Origin: Elusimicrobiota bacterium
Lineage (GTDB): Bacteria; Elusimicrobiota; Elusimicrobia; UBA1565; UBA9628
NCBI GenBank assembly: GCA_023700845.1
Contig: JAMPYD010000002.1
Location: 1 to 38,607 of the forward strand
DNA: 38,607 nucleotides
Reading direction: 5' to 3'
Part shown: piece after piece, positions 1 through 9,648 of the stretch
Layout of the letters: every line of letters starts with the position of its first letter
Position numbering within the stretch: position 1 is the stretch's first letter
Notes under the pieces: generated by a model
Told to the model about the DNA's origin: nothing
The model's input: the letters and a program-made list of their open reading frames with translations, nothing else
Database searches by the model: none
Translations under genes and position numbers: made by a program

Positions 1-1353
1 GAGCTGGCCGTAGACGCGGGTCAGCTCCACCATCGTGATCACGGACACGAGGGAGGAATCCTTCAGCAATGCTATGAAATCATTGGTCATCGGGGGGAGG
101 ACGAGACGCAGGGCCTGCGGGATGATGATGTGGCGCAGGGCCTGCCAGCGCGTCATGCCGAGGGCGAAGGCGGCCTCCATCTGGGCGTGCGGGATGGCGA
201 GTATGCCCGCGCGGTACACCTCGGCCTCGTAGGCGGCGTAGTTGAGGGCCAGGCCGAGGACGGCGGCGGTGAAGGGCTGGAGCTTGATGCCGATGGTGGG
301 CAGGCCGTAGAAGATGAAGAACAGCTGGATGAGCAGCGGGCTGCCGCGGACGAACTCGACGTAGACCGTCGCCAGGGCCGCGACCGGCCACGGGCCGTAC
401 AGCTTCATCAGGGCGAGGGCCAGGCCGAGGAGGACGGCGAACAGCATGGCCAGCAGCGAGAGCTGCACCGTGGTGACGGCGCCCTTGGCGAGGAGGGGGA
501 CGTAGCCGAGGTACCGGGCGAGCTTCGCGCGCCAGCCGTGCTTCACGCCCCGCGCGGCGAGGTAGGCCGCGAGCTCGGTCGGCTCGGCCTGGGTCTTGGA
601 GTCGTCGGCGAAGGACGCGGCCATCACCGGGTTCCAGATGCCCCATCGTTCGTAGATCTCGCGCAGCTTGCCGGACTTCATCAGGCGGGCGAGCGCCGCG
701 TTGACCTTGGCGAGGAGCTTCGCGTCGCCCTTGCGGAGGGCCACGCCGTAGGCCATGCGGCCGAACTGTCCGGGCAGGTTCTTCAGGCGCGGGTCGATGC
801 CGTAATAGACGGCCGCCGGGTGGTCCATCAGCACCGCGGAGATGCGGCCGTTGGCCAGGTCGTCGTAGAGCATGGTCTGGGTGTCGTAGCCGACGACGGT
901 GACGCCGTCGGTCTCGGCGAGAAGGCGCTCGGCCAGGGCGCCCTTGAGCGTGCCGGCGCGATGGCCCTTGAGGTCGGCGAGCGAGGCGATGTCGAAGGTG
1001 TCGACGCGGACGGTCAAGGCTTCATAGGTCAGGTAGTACGGGTCGGAGAACTCCACCTCGGCCTTGCGGTCCTCGGTGATCTCGAGGCCGTTGATGACGA
1101 CGTCGTAGTTCCCGCGCTTGAGACCGGGGACCAGGCTGTCCCACTGGTTCTGCACGAACTCCGCCTGGAGGCCGAGCTCGGCCGCGAGCGCCGCGGCGAG
1201 GTCGGCCTCGAAGCCCACGGTCTTCGCGGGATCCTTGGGGTCCTGGAAGACGAAGGGCGCGCCGCCGGAGGAGTCGCCGCCCCAACGCAAAGTCTTCGCG
1301 GCCGGGGCGGCGTGGGCGCCGGCCGCGAGCAGCAGAAGGAGGGCGAATCTCAT
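1..1353 (-). CDS. Polar amino-acid ABC transporter, fused substrate-binding domain + permease (partial; C-terminus lies beyond window start)
   Basis: Absent from the ORF track because no stop falls inside the window. My translation of the minus strand from ATG 1353-1351 gives [42 protein letters not shown]... (signal peptide plus type-3 SBP-like domain). It runs into a HisM/GlnP-type permease ([23 protein letters not shown]; EAA loop [42 protein letters not shown]). ATGA overlap with the stop of the upstream ATPase gene. Confidence 0.85.
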   Translation of the reverse strand, partial: MRFALLLLLAAGAHAAPAAKTLRWGGDSSGGAPFVFQDPKDPAKTVGFEADLAAALAAELGLQAEFVQNQWDSLVPGLKRGNYDVVINGLEITEDRKAEVEFSDPYYLTYEALTVRVDTFDIASLADLKGHRAGTLKGALAERLLAETDGVTVVGYDTQTMLYDDLANGRISAVLMDHPAAVYYGIDPRLKNLPGQFGRMAYGVALRKGDAKLLAKVNAALARLMKSGKLREIYERWGIWNPVMAASFADDSKTQAEPTELAAYLAARGVKHGWRAKLARYLGYVPLLAKGAVTTVQLSLLAMLFAVLLGLALALMKLYGPWPVAALATVYVEFVRGSPLLIQLFFIFYGLPTIGIKLQPFTAAVLGLALNYAAYEAEVYRAGILAIPHAQMEAAFALGMTRWQALRHIIIPQALRLVLPPMTNDFIALLKDSSLVSVITMVELTRVYGQL

Positions 1354-2096
1354 GCCGCGAACCTGCTCATATATTTGACCGTGCGCGGGTCCTTGGGGCT
1401 CCCGAAGAGCTCGGCCGGCGGGCCCTTCTCGACGACCCGGCCTTCTTCCATGAAAACGATCTCGCGCGCGACCTCGCGGGCGAAGCGCGTCTCGTGGGTG
1501 ACCACGATCTGGGTCATGCCCTCGGCGTCGAGCTTGCGCATGACGTCGAAGACCTCGTCGACGAGCCAGGGGTCGAGAGCGGACGTCGGCTCGTCGTAGA
1601 GCATGACCTTGGGCGACATCGCGAGCGCGCGGGCGATGGCGGCGCGCTGCTGCTGGCCGCCCGACATCTGCGAGGGGTAGTGGCGGGCGTGGCCCGCGAG
1701 CCCGACCTTCTCGAGCAGGGGCAGGGCGACGGCCTCCGCCTGCGCCCGCGTCATGCCTTTGACGATCATCGGCGCGATGACGAGGTTGGACAGCAGGTCG
1801 AGGTGGGGGAACAGGTTGAAGCTCTGGAACACCATGCCGAAGTTCGCGCGCACCGCCCGGAGCTTGCGGTCGTCCCGCCGCTCGTCGAGGACCAGGTCGC
1901 CGAAGCGCAGGGAGCCCGCGTCGAACGTCTCGAGGCCGTTGAGGCAGCGCAGCAAGGTGGATTTGCCGCAGCCGGAGCGGCCCACGATGACGATCAGCTC
2001 CCCGGCGGAGGCGGAGAAATCGACGCCCTTGAGGACCTGCTGCCCGTGGAACGTCTTGGTCAGCCCTTGAGCGACGAGCAGCGGCGCGGCGGCCAT
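1350..2096 (-). CDS. Polar amino-acid ABC transporter ATP-binding protein (GlnQ/HisP-like)
   Basis: 248 aa. Walker [11 protein letters not shown]-loop FQSFNLFPH, signature [15 protein letters not shown], Walker [14 protein letters not shown]-loop VVTHE. SD-like GGGGAG lies 4 nt upstream of the ATG. Confidence 0.93.
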   Translation of the reverse strand: MAAAPLLVAQGLTKTFHGQQVLKGVDFSASAGELIVIVGRSGCGKSTLLRCLNGLETFDAGSLRFGDLVLDERRDDRKLRAVRANFGMVFQSFNLFPHLDLLSNLVIAPMIVKGMTRAQAEAVALPLLEKVGLAGHARHYPSQMSGGQQQRAAIARALAMSPKVMLYDEPTSALDPWLVDEVFDVMRKLDAEGMTQIVVTHETRFAREVAREIVFMEEGRVVEKGPPAELFGSPKDPRTVKYMSRFAA

Positions 2097-2159
2097 GATC
2101 TCCCCGGAGACGCGAAAATTAGCACAACGCGCTATTTTAGCTTTTCCGACGGGGGCAGG

Positions 2160-3158
2160 CTAAGGCTTTTTGGCGCGGTCGCGCAGGAGGGAGACGGCGA
2201 TGACCGGCTCGTCGTCCATCGCCGCGGCCAGGGCGCGCCACTCTCCCGAGGTGGAGGGGATGTGCGGCTTGAGGTTGGTCGGCAGGTGGCGGGCGCCGAG
2301 GACGGTCAAGGTCAGGCCGAGGACGCCCCGGCCCATCTCCTGGGAGGCGCCGTAGAACTTCGCGGCGTCGCCGGCCTTGTAGGCGGCGCGGCCGTCGACG
2401 ACGGCCTTGCCGATGGTGTAGGCCGAGAACACCGCGCCGAGCGCGAGCAGGCCGTAGATCGCCACCGGGGCGACCGTGACGAGGACGACCGAGGCGGCGG
2501 CGATGGCCAGGCCTTTCCAGGTGAAGACGTCCTTGATCGCGTGGCCGGCGCCCTTGAGGACCTCGACGCCCGCCTTCCTCCAGGAGATCGGCGCGGCGGC
2601 CTTGGCCGCGGGCGGAGGAGGCGGGGGAGGCGCGGCCACGCGACGGGGGGCCGCCGGGCTGAAGACGGCGCGACGGGCGGAGGACGGGCCGGAGGCGCCC
2701 GATGCGGCGACGGCGGAGCCTTGCACGGAGCGGTTCGCGTCGTAGAAGCGGTCCTGGGCCCCGCGCTCGAGGGGCCGGGGGGCCGCGTCGAGGCGGGCGC
2801 GCATGGCGTCGGTGCGGGCGCGGAACTCGAGCGCGGCGGCCGGCGGCACGGGCCCGGTCGCGCCGCGGACGGCGGACGTCTCGCGGACGGACAGGCGCCG
2901 TCCCCAGAGGGACCGGAGCTCAGCGAGCAGGGCCTGGCGACGGTCCTCGGCGAGCCCTTGCTTCCAAGACGGGGCGTTGATGGCGAGGCCGGCGGCGAAC
3001 GGGTCGCGCGCGGGGGCCTCCAGCAGCCGGGCGGCGGCGGCCGCGGTGCGCGCGACGGCCTCGGGGGCGAGCGGCCCTTCGGCGACCCGCAGCTCGATGG
3101 AGGCGGCGGCCGGCGTCGCGAGGAGCAGGACCAGCGACAGAGCCCGTTTCATTCCCAT
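2160..3158 (-). CDS. Hypothetical envelope protein (signal peptide, Ala/Pro-rich region with a PPPPPPP run, two predicted TM helices, C-terminal domain)
   Basis: ORF 2160..3245 trimmed to [22 protein letters not shown] (ATG 3158; alternative ATG 3152). Strong GC3 bias in this frame. Hydrophobic stretches [32 protein letters not shown]. The competing plus-strand ORFs are Arg/Gly-rich shadows. No family recognised. Confidence 0.55.
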   Translation of the reverse strand: MGMKRALSLVLLLATPAAASIELRVAEGPLAPEAVARTAAAAARLLEAPARDPFAAGLAINAPSWKQGLAEDRRQALLAELRSLWGRRLSVRETSAVRGATGPVPPAAALEFRARTDAMRARLDAAPRPLERGAQDRFYDANRSVQGSAVAASGASGPSSARRAVFSPAAPRRVAAPPPPPPPAAKAAAPISWRKAGVEVLKGAGHAIKDVFTWKGLAIAAASVVLVTVAPVAIYGLLALGAVFSAYTIGKAVVDGRAAYKAGDAAKFYGASQEMGRGVLGLTLTVLGARHLPTNLKPHIPSTSGEWRALAAAMDDEPVIAVSLLRDRAKKP

Positions 3159-3163
3159 GCTTG

Positions 3164-3169
3164 AGTATG
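3164..3169 (-). promoter_or_regulatory. -10-like CATACT, 5 nt upstream of ATG 3158
   Basis: Minus strand reads CATACT-caagc-ATG. Weaker match than the others. Confidence 0.25.
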
Positions 3170-3174
3170 AGGCC

Positions 3175-3224
3175 CGCGGGCCCACGCGGTCAGGGGCCGC
3201 GGGCCCAGCCTCCGCGCGGGCCCA
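3175..3224. repeat. Three direct copies of CGCGGGCCCA in a divergent intergenic region
   Basis: Exact 10-mers at 3175-3184, 3198-3207 and 3215-3224. Confidence 0.6.
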
Positions 3225-3267
3225 TAGTCCTATATCGGACGTCATGCTCGAAGCGCCGCCGAGGGAA

Positions 3268-3276
3268 TGCTAGAAT
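3268..3276 (+). promoter_or_regulatory. Extended -10 TGcTAGAAT, 12 nt upstream of ATG 3289
   Basis: tgctagaat-aaacggccgagc-ATG, with no SD in between. Confidence 0.4.
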
Positions 3277-3288
3277 AAACGGCCGAGC

Positions 3289-4587
3289 ATGATCCCCTCC
3301 TCAGCCCTGATTTCGCTGGCGCTGCTCTCCTCCCCGGTTTTCGCCGACGGCATCACGGTTTCCTCCTATACGGCCTCCGCGCTGGCGTCCTCCCCCGAGG
3401 TCCGCTCGGCGCAGGACGCCTACGAAGCCGCCGACGCCGCCCTCAAGGGGCAGGCCGCGGCGATGGCCCTGCCCACGCTCGGATTCTCCTACGTCCAGTA
3501 TCCGTACGGGCACAACCCGCTCGACGCCTACCGCTACGAGCGGGGGGCGTTCGCTCCCCGCCTGGGGCAGGCCGTGACGACGGCGAACTGGAACCTGTTC
3601 AACGGCTTCCAGGACCTGCAGCGCGTCCGCGTCGCCGCGCTCGCTCGCCGCGCGGCCCGCTTCGCGCTCGCGGCGGCCAGGCAGGACCGCGCCTTCGCGG
3701 CTATCTCCGCCTATTACGACCTGAACGCGAAGACCGAACTGCTCGCCGTGGCCCGGAAAAACCTCGAGGATCAGAGGCGGCAATACGAGCAGTCCCTCGA
3801 CCTGTACAAGCACGGGATGAAGAGCCTCGCCGACCTCCTCAAGAGCGAGACGGACTGGCGCTCCTCCGAGCTGCGCATCATCTCCGCAGAGGCGGAGCGC
3901 AAGAGATCCATGGTCGCCTTCAACGTCCTGCTCGACCGCGGCGCCCTCGAAGAGGCCCCGTTGACGGTCGATCTCCAGGCCGGCGCCACGGCCCTGCCGC
4001 TCGTCGACGCCGGCTTCGCCGCCGCGCTCGACGGACGTCCCGAGGTGTCCAAGGCGCGCGAGGAGCTCGAGAGCGCGCGCGTCGCCGTCCAGCAGGCCGT
4101 GAAGGGGATCCTGCCCGACCTCAAGGTGGACGCCGCCTGGACCCGCACGCGCTATCCCGCGTTCGCCGGCGCCGGCTCCTCGATCCCCAATCCGAACCAC
4201 AACATCGGGGTCTCCCTGTCCCTTCCGGTCGGCTTCAACGGCTTCACGCAGGGCTGGGCGATCTCGGCGGCCCGCGCCGAGAAGCGCCGCGCCGAGGCGT
4301 CGCGCGCCGCCGCGGAGCGGACCGTCAAGTCGGAGGTGTACAATGCGTACATCGATCTCGAACGGGTCTCGAGCTCCTACTCCGTCGCGCTCCAGAAGGA
4401 GGAGATCGCCGCGAAGGCGCTCGAGCTGGTGGGCCGGCAGTACCAGCAGGGCGCGGCCGACGCGATCCGCATGAACCAGGCCCAGAACGACTACCTCAAC
4501 GCCCGCGTCGAGCGGGTGCTGGCCCTGCACGACATTTTCATCGACCGCGCCCGCTACAAGCGCGCGGTGGGAGAGCCTCTATGGTGA
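3289..4587 (+). CDS. Outer-membrane efflux protein (TolC/OMF family)
   Basis: 432 aa. Signal peptide MIPSSALISLALLSSPVFADG. Two OEP-type repeats with coiled-coil heptads. First gene of the exporter operon; its stop overlaps the next start (ATGGTGA). Confidence 0.85.
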   Translation: MIPSSALISLALLSSPVFADGITVSSYTASALASSPEVRSAQDAYEAADAALKGQAAAMALPTLGFSYVQYPYGHNPLDAYRYERGAFAPRLGQAVTTANWNLFNGFQDLQRVRVAALARRAARFALAAARQDRAFAAISAYYDLNAKTELLAVARKNLEDQRRQYEQSLDLYKHGMKSLADLLKSETDWRSSELRIISAEAERKRSMVAFNVLLDRGALEEAPLTVDLQAGATALPLVDAGFAAALDGRPEVSKAREELESARVAVQQAVKGILPDLKVDAAWTRTRYPAFAGAGSSIPNPNHNIGVSLSLPVGFNGFTQGWAISAARAEKRRAEASRAAAERTVKSEVYNAYIDLERVSSSYSVALQKEEIAAKALELVGRQYQQGAADAIRMNQAQNDYLNARVERVLALHDIFIDRARYKRAVGEPLW

Positions 4588-5501
4588 AGCAGACGAAATG
4601 GATCGCCGCCGCCGTCATCGCCGCGCTCGCGGGCGCGGGGGGGTGGTACAAGTACAAGGGGAACGCCGCGGAGGAGGGCGGTCCGTCCGTCGTGACCGTC
4701 GCGCGCGGCGACATCGAGCTGCGCTTCATCGACTCCGGCGAGCTGACGCCGAAGCTGTTCGTGGACGTGGCGAGCAAGGTGTCCGGCCGCGTCATCGAGC
4801 TGTTCGTCGACGAGGGCTCGCGGGTCCGCAAGGGCGACCGGCTCGCCGTGATCCAGCCCGGCCGCACCGAGGCGGAGGCCTACGTCCCGACGACCTTGAC
4901 CGCGCCGATCGACGGCGTCGTCATGCGCTACCAGGACCGGAGCTCGAACAACGCCCAGGAGGGCCGCCTCTCCAAGCTCGGGGAGTACGTCACCGGCCTC
5001 ATGGAGTCCCAGACCCCGACCTACCTGCTGACCGTCGCCGACCTCTCCCGGCTCATCGTGAAGATGAAGATCTCGGAGATGGATATCCTGAAGCTCAAGG
5101 AGGGGATGGACGTGAAGGTCACCGTCGACGCCCTTCCCGGCATGGACTTCCCGTCCAAGGTCACCCTCGTCTCTCCTCAGGCGGAGAAGGACAGCAACAA
5201 CCTCAAGAACTTCAAGGTGGAGGTCACCTTGCTCAAGAGCGACGCGCGCCTCAAGCCCGGCATGACCGCGCGCGTCGACGGCCTGCTCGACGCGCGCAAG
5301 AAGGTCCTCAAGCTCGCGCTGTCCGGCGTCTTCGAGGAGGGCGGCAAGGAGTTCGGCTATGTCGCCGCCGGCGAGGGCAAGCCGGCGAAGACCCCGCTCA
5401 AGCTCGGCCTGCGCTCGGAGATGGACGTCGAGGTCCTCGAGGGCGTCAAGGAAGGCGACAAGCTCCTCACCGAGAAGCCCGAGGAAAAGCCGAAGTCGTG
5501 A
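4581..5501 (+). CDS. Periplasmic adaptor / membrane-fusion protein (HlyD/MacA family), short form without an alpha-hairpin
   Basis: 306 aa. N-terminal TM anchor WIAAAVIAALAGAGGWY. Lipoyl half-motifs VSGRVIELFVDEGSRVRKGDRLAVIQ and LTAPIDGVVM are joined by only about 13 residues. Beta-barrel and MPD-like C-terminus follow. GTGA overlap with the ATPase gene. Confidence 0.85.
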   Translation: MVKQTKWIAAAVIAALAGAGGWYKYKGNAAEEGGPSVVTVARGDIELRFIDSGELTPKLFVDVASKVSGRVIELFVDEGSRVRKGDRLAVIQPGRTEAEAYVPTTLTAPIDGVVMRYQDRSSNNAQEGRLSKLGEYVTGLMESQTPTYLLTVADLSRLIVKMKISEMDILKLKEGMDVKVTVDALPGMDFPSKVTLVSPQAEKDSNNLKNFKVEVTLLKSDARLKPGMTARVDGLLDARKKVLKLALSGVFEEGGKEFGYVAAGEGKPAKTPLKLGLRSEMDVEVLEGVKEGDKLLTEKPEEKPKS

Positions 5502-6154
5502 ATGCCATACACGTTGACGGTCTGACCCGGGTCTATCAGGGCGGATATCAGGCTCTGAGGGGAGTCACCTTCTCCGTTTCCCAGGGTGAATTCACGGCTA
5601 TCATGGGGCCCTCGGGGTGCGGTAAATCGACGTTGCTCAATATCCTCGGCCTCCTCGACCGCCCCACCGGCGGGAAATATCTGCTCGAGGGCGCCGAGAC
5701 CGCCCGCCTCAACGACGCCGAGATCACCGGCCTGCGCCGAGCCCGCATCGGCTTCGTCTTCCAGGCTTTCAATCTCTTGCCCCGCCTCTCGGCCCTGGAA
5801 AACGTCGCTTTGCCCATGGCTTACGCGGGCGCCGGGGTGGATGAGCGCCGCGAGCGCGCCCGGATGCTCTTGGATCGCGTGGGCCTCGGCCGCAAGGCGG
5901 AGAACACCCCGCTGCAGCTCTCCGGCGGCGAGCGCCAGCGCGTCGGCATCGCGCGCGCGCTGGCCAACAAGCCGGCCCTGCTCCTCGCCGACGAGCCCAC
6001 CGGCAACCTGGACTCGAAGTCCTCCGTCGAGATCCTGGCCCTCTTCAAGGAGCTCAACGCCGAGGGCATGACCGTGCTCCTCGTCACCCACGACCCCGCC
6101 ATCGGCGCCGCGGCCGGCCGCGTCATCCGCATCAAGGACGGCGAGCTGGCGTGA
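5498..6154 (+). CDS. ABC transporter ATP-binding protein (MacB/LolD-type, stand-alone NBD)
   Basis: Start trimmed to GTG 5498 (VNAIHVDGLTRVYQGG...), 218 aa. Walker [41 protein letters not shown]. The upstream part of track ORF 4598..6154 is an out-of-frame shadow of the adaptor gene. Confidence 0.92.
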   Translation: MNAIHVDGLTRVYQGGYQALRGVTFSVSQGEFTAIMGPSGCGKSTLLNILGLLDRPTGGKYLLEGAETARLNDAEITGLRRARIGFVFQAFNLLPRLSALENVALPMAYAGAGVDERRERARMLLDRVGLGRKAENTPLQLSGGERQRVGIARALANKPALLLADEPTGNLDSKSSVEILALFKELNAEGMTVLLVTHDPAIGAAAGRVIRIKDGELA

Positions 6155-7422
6155 ACGCGGGCGAGGCCCTGCGCGCCGGCGCCCGCGAGATCTACGCCAA
6201 CAAGTTCCGCTCCACGCTGTCCTTCGCCGCCGTCTCCGTCGGCGTCGCGTCCTTGCTCTACACGATGGCGCAGACGCAGGGCATGAAGGACGCCCTCGAG
6301 AAGAACCTGGAGCTGATGGGTCCGGGCCGCCTGACGATCGAGATGAAGCGCAACTACACCTCGAAAGGGCTCTCGCTCGGCCTGACCTACGCGGACGCGC
6401 TGGCCCTGCGCCGCGAGCTCCCCGACCTGTACATGGTCGAGCCTCAGTCGACGAACTGGCCGAGGCTCGTGCATGGGCGGACCTCGATCAACGGGGTCCG
6501 CGTCATGGGCGCCACCCCCGACTACCGCCGTCGTGACTGGGTCTACAAGCTGCGCGGCCGCTTCATCAACTCCTGGGACGTCGAGAACCGCGCGCGCGTC
6601 GCGGTGATGGTCGAGCCCGGGACCTGGTTCAAGAAGCCCTTCTGGGCCAAGTTCTGGGGGGAGGACAACCCCTACGACGTCTTCGCCAAGCGCCGGGACC
6701 TCCTCGGCTCGCGGGTGCGCTTCGACGACTCGGTGTTCACCGTCGTCGGCGTGCTGACCCCGCCGCCGCGAGACCTCGACCCTCGATGGGACAGCTGGAA
6801 CACGCCCAACGCCCTGGTGCCGATCACCGCGTTCCAGCAGCACCTCTCCCAGGGCTCCTCGAACCCCGACTCCGTCGAGGAGATCCGCGTCGACACCGGA
6901 GACCAGAAGACCCTGGGCTCCCGCCGTCGTCAGATCGAGGCCATCCTCAAGCGGCGCCACCGCGGAGAGGAGGACTTCGAGGTCAAGGACGACCGCGAGG
7001 AGATCGAGGCTAAGATGGAGGAGATGCGCAAGTACGTCAAGGCGGGCCTCGCCCTCGGCCTCGTGGCGCTTCTGGCCGGCGGCATCGGCATCATGAACGT
7101 GACCTTGGCCACCATCTTCGCGCGCGTGCGCGAGATCGGCGTGCGCCGCGCGATCGGCGCCAGCCGCGCCGACATCCTCGCCCAGTTCCTCTTCGAGGCC
7201 GCGATGCTGGGCGCGGCGGGCGGCGTCGCGGGGGTGGCGCTGGGCCTCGGCGGCGTCCGCTGGCTCGCCGGGCTCGGCGGGACGCGGGACCTGGCGCAGA
7301 TCACGTGGCCGCAGTGCGCCGCGGGCGTGCTGCTCGCCGCGCTCGTCAGCGCCGCCTTCGCCTTCATCCCCGCCTACCGGGCCTCGCGGCTCGATCCCGT
7401 CGAGGCGCTGAAGGCCGAATGA
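6151..7422 (+). CDS. MacB/FtsX-type ABC permease, paralog 1
   Basis: 423 aa. GTG start overlapping the previous stop (GTGA). N-terminal TM, large periplasmic domain, C-terminal FtsX motif (GIGIMNVTLATIFARVREIGVRRAIGASRADILAQF). Confidence 0.9.
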   Translation: MNAGEALRAGAREIYANKFRSTLSFAAVSVGVASLLYTMAQTQGMKDALEKNLELMGPGRLTIEMKRNYTSKGLSLGLTYADALALRRELPDLYMVEPQSTNWPRLVHGRTSINGVRVMGATPDYRRRDWVYKLRGRFINSWDVENRARVAVMVEPGTWFKKPFWAKFWGEDNPYDVFAKRRDLLGSRVRFDDSVFTVVGVLTPPPRDLDPRWDSWNTPNALVPITAFQQHLSQGSSNPDSVEEIRVDTGDQKTLGSRRRQIEAILKRRHRGEEDFEVKDDREEIEAKMEEMRKYVKAGLALGLVALLAGGIGIMNVTLATIFARVREIGVRRAIGASRADILAQFLFEAAMLGAAGGVAGVALGLGGVRWLAGLGGTRDLAQITWPQCAAGVLLAALVSAAFAFIPAYRASRLDPVEALKAE

Positions 7423-8693
7423 GGATCTCGGAGCTCGGCCGCTCGGCGCTGCTCGAGATCCGCGCGCACAAGACGCGCTCGGCGATGACGAGCCTGTCCC
7501 TGGCCATCGGCATCGCCGCGATGCTGTTCACCTTCTCCCAGACGGCGGGCATGATGAAGCGCTACGAGGACGCGCTCCGCCTCGCGGGGCCGGGCCGCAT
7601 CGTGATCTCCCAGCGCCACAACTACAAGTCCAAGGGGCTCTCGCCCGGCCTGACCTACGGCGACGCGCTCGCCATCCGCCGCCAGTACCCCGAGCTGTTC
7701 ATGGTCTCGCCCCAGAACGCCTCCTGGAGCACGCGCATGCGCTTCGACTCCTTCAAGAGCGACGGGATCCGCGCCCTCGGCGTCACCCCGGAGTGGGCCA
7801 AGCGCGACTGGGTGTACACCCAGCGCGGGCGCCTGCTCAACGAGCGGGACCTCGCCGACGCCGCGCGCGTGACCGTGCTGATCGAGGCGGGGAGCTGGAT
7901 CAAGAAGCCGTACTGGGCGAAGTACTGGCCCGAGCAGGCGCTGACCAAATACATCTCGCGGCGCGACCCCTTGGGCAAGCAGGTGCTCCTCGGCGAGCAT
8001 CTGTACACCGTCGTGGGGGTCCTCAAGGAGCCTTACAAGGACCGCGATCCCCGCTGGTTCCGCCAATGGGGCGGCCAAGGCATCGCCCTCGTCCCCGCCA
8101 CCACCTTCCAGCGCTTCCTCGTGCCGCCTTACCAGAAGAACCCCGAGGTCATCGAGAACATCAACGTGGACACCGGCGACGCGGAGACCGCCAGCGCGTA
8201 CCTCCGGCGCATCAAGGTCCTGCTCCTGGCCCGCCATCGCGGCGAGGAGGACTTCGAGGTCAAGGACTACCGGGAGATCATGCAGAGCGCGCTCAAGCAG
8301 ATGCGCGAGTTCGTCGTCTCCATCATGATCATCGGCATCGTCGCCATCCTCGCCTCCGGCATCGGCATCATGAACGTGACGCTCGCCACGATCTTCTCGC
8401 GGGTGCGCGAGATCGGCATCCGCCGCGCCCTGGGCGCCACCCGGGCGGACATCGTCTGGCAGTTCGTCAGCGAGGCAATGATGCTGGGCGTCATCGGCGG
8501 CGTCGGCGGGACGGGGCTGGGCATCCTCGGCATCTGGTATCTGGCGCCGAAGGAGGACCGCATGCTCGAGATCAGCGCGCTCCACGTCGGCGGAGCCCTG
8601 CTGATCGCCCTCGGCACGGGCTTCCTGTTCGCCCTATACCCGGCCTGGAAGGCCTCGCGCTTCGATCCCGTCGAGGCCCTGCACTACGAGTAG
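7419..8693 (+). CDS. MacB/FtsX-type ABC permease, paralog 2
   Basis: Trimmed to ATG 7419 (MRISELGRSALLEIRAHKTRSAMT...), 424 aa. ATGA overlap with paralog 1. Collinear similarity to paralog 1 (GPGR..., RDWVY..RGR, KKP.WAK.W, GIGIMNVTLATIFSRVREIGIRRALGATRADIVWQF). Confidence 0.9.
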   Translation: MRISELGRSALLEIRAHKTRSAMTSLSLAIGIAAMLFTFSQTAGMMKRYEDALRLAGPGRIVISQRHNYKSKGLSPGLTYGDALAIRRQYPELFMVSPQNASWSTRMRFDSFKSDGIRALGVTPEWAKRDWVYTQRGRLLNERDLADAARVTVLIEAGSWIKKPYWAKYWPEQALTKYISRRDPLGKQVLLGEHLYTVVGVLKEPYKDRDPRWFRQWGGQGIALVPATTFQRFLVPPYQKNPEVIENINVDTGDAETASAYLRRIKVLLLARHRGEEDFEVKDYREIMQSALKQMREFVVSIMIIGIVAILASGIGIMNVTLATIFSRVREIGIRRALGATRADIVWQFVSEAMMLGVIGGVGGTGLGILGIWYLAPKEDRMLEISALHVGGALLIALGTGFLFALYPAWKASRFDPVEALHYE

Positions 8694-8723
8694 CCGGCCG
8701 CCGCCGCTCCGGGCGGCGTCTCG

Positions 8724-9602
8724 TCAGTGGATCGGCGCGTGACGAAGGAACAGCAGCCCGGCCGTCAGCATTCCGAGCGCCGAGCCGCCCAGCCCCAGCA
8801 GGTACGAGCGCCGATTGGCCAGATCCGCGCGCATGCGCATGACGTAGGATTCCATGATGACGTACAGGGGCAGGAGAAACATCGCAAGGCGAAGCTGGAC
8901 ATCGAACCGGCTCCCGAGCAGGACGAACAGCGCCACAAGCATGAAGTTCGCCCCGAGCGCGGAGGCAAGCGCGGCCGCGGTCTCGCGCCAGCGTCCCGCG
9001 CGCAGCCCCTCGCCCATCGACTTGGCCCAGAGGTTGAGGTAGTGATGCGCGCTCTCGAAGACCGCCAAGATCAAGCAATAGAAGAAGACGAGCTGGAGGC
9101 TGATCGACCATTTTCCCGGATTCTGCACGGCATCGGCGACCGGCATCGTGGGGATGTCCGAGGGAAGGAGCACGCGCGTGAAAGTTTCCTGCGCGATGTC
9201 CGAGCCGAAAAAGACGGCGGCGCCCGCCAGCAGGCCGGCTGCCGCTCCGGCCAGGGCGAGGGCATGGTCCCTCCTGTCGTTCGGAGACGAGAGGGAGAGA
9301 CGAACGTGGCGCTCGACGAGCAGAAGCAGCGGGATGAAGGCCATCGTCTGGCGGGAAGGGATTTGGAGGGATCGGCTCAGCAGCGCGACGGCCGCGGTGC
9401 CGATGAAGTTCGAGGCCAGCGTAACAAGGATGATGTGCCAGGCCGCCCAGCTCTTTTTTGCCTTGCCGGACTCGGACGGGAGGCCGAGCAGGCGGAGGTT
9501 GCCGATCATGATCGCGTAGAAGGACATCGCGGCGGCTAGATACAAAAACAAGATGTGCCCGCTCAGATTAAGGACGTAGTGCTGGCTAGGCTCTATATTC
9601 AT
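8724..9602 (-). CDS. Polytopic inner-membrane protein, unknown family
   Basis: 292 aa with about 7-8 hydrophobic helices (e.g. ILFLYLAAAMSFYAIMIG, WHIILVTLASNFIGTAAVALL, LQLVFFYCLILAVF, FMLVALFVLLG). Own -10-like box 6 nt upstream of the ATG. No family recognised. Confidence 0.6.
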   Translation of the reverse strand: MNIEPSQHYVLNLSGHILFLYLAAAMSFYAIMIGNLRLLGLPSESGKAKKSWAAWHIILVTLASNFIGTAAVALLSRSLQIPSRQTMAFIPLLLLVERHVRLSLSSPNDRRDHALALAGAAAGLLAGAAVFFGSDIAQETFTRVLLPSDIPTMPVADAVQNPGKWSISLQLVFFYCLILAVFESAHHYLNLWAKSMGEGLRAGRWRETAAALASALGANFMLVALFVLLGSRFDVQLRLAMFLLPLYVIMESYVMRMRADLANRRSYLLGLGGSALGMLTAGLLFLRHAPIH

Positions 9603-9608
9603 CCGCCG

Positions 9609-9617
9609 ATGATATCA
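9609..9617 (-). promoter_or_regulatory. Extended -10 TGaTATCAT, 6 nt upstream of ATG 9602
   Basis: Minus strand reads TTTTGATATCAT-cggcgg-ATG. Confidence 0.45.
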
Positions 9618-9648
9618 AAAGCCGTGATATCTGCGGAGCAGGAAGGCG

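Noticed and set aside
130-3164. Long plus-strand ORFs 130..1599 (489 aa) and 1494..3164 (556 aa)
   Set aside because: They are antisense to the clearly recognisable ABC importer genes and the envelope ORF. Their translations are Arg/Gly/Ala/Asp/Val-rich low-complexity strings typical of shadow frames in high-GC DNA, with no motifs.
8724-9602. Idea that the ORF next to the caspase-like protease is a bacterial gasdermin (protease-activated pore former)
   Set aside because: The protein is a polytopic alpha-helical membrane protein with 7-8 hydrophobic helices, not a soluble beta-rich gasdermin-like fold. The protease is also a periplasmic lipoprotein rather than a cytoplasmic activator.
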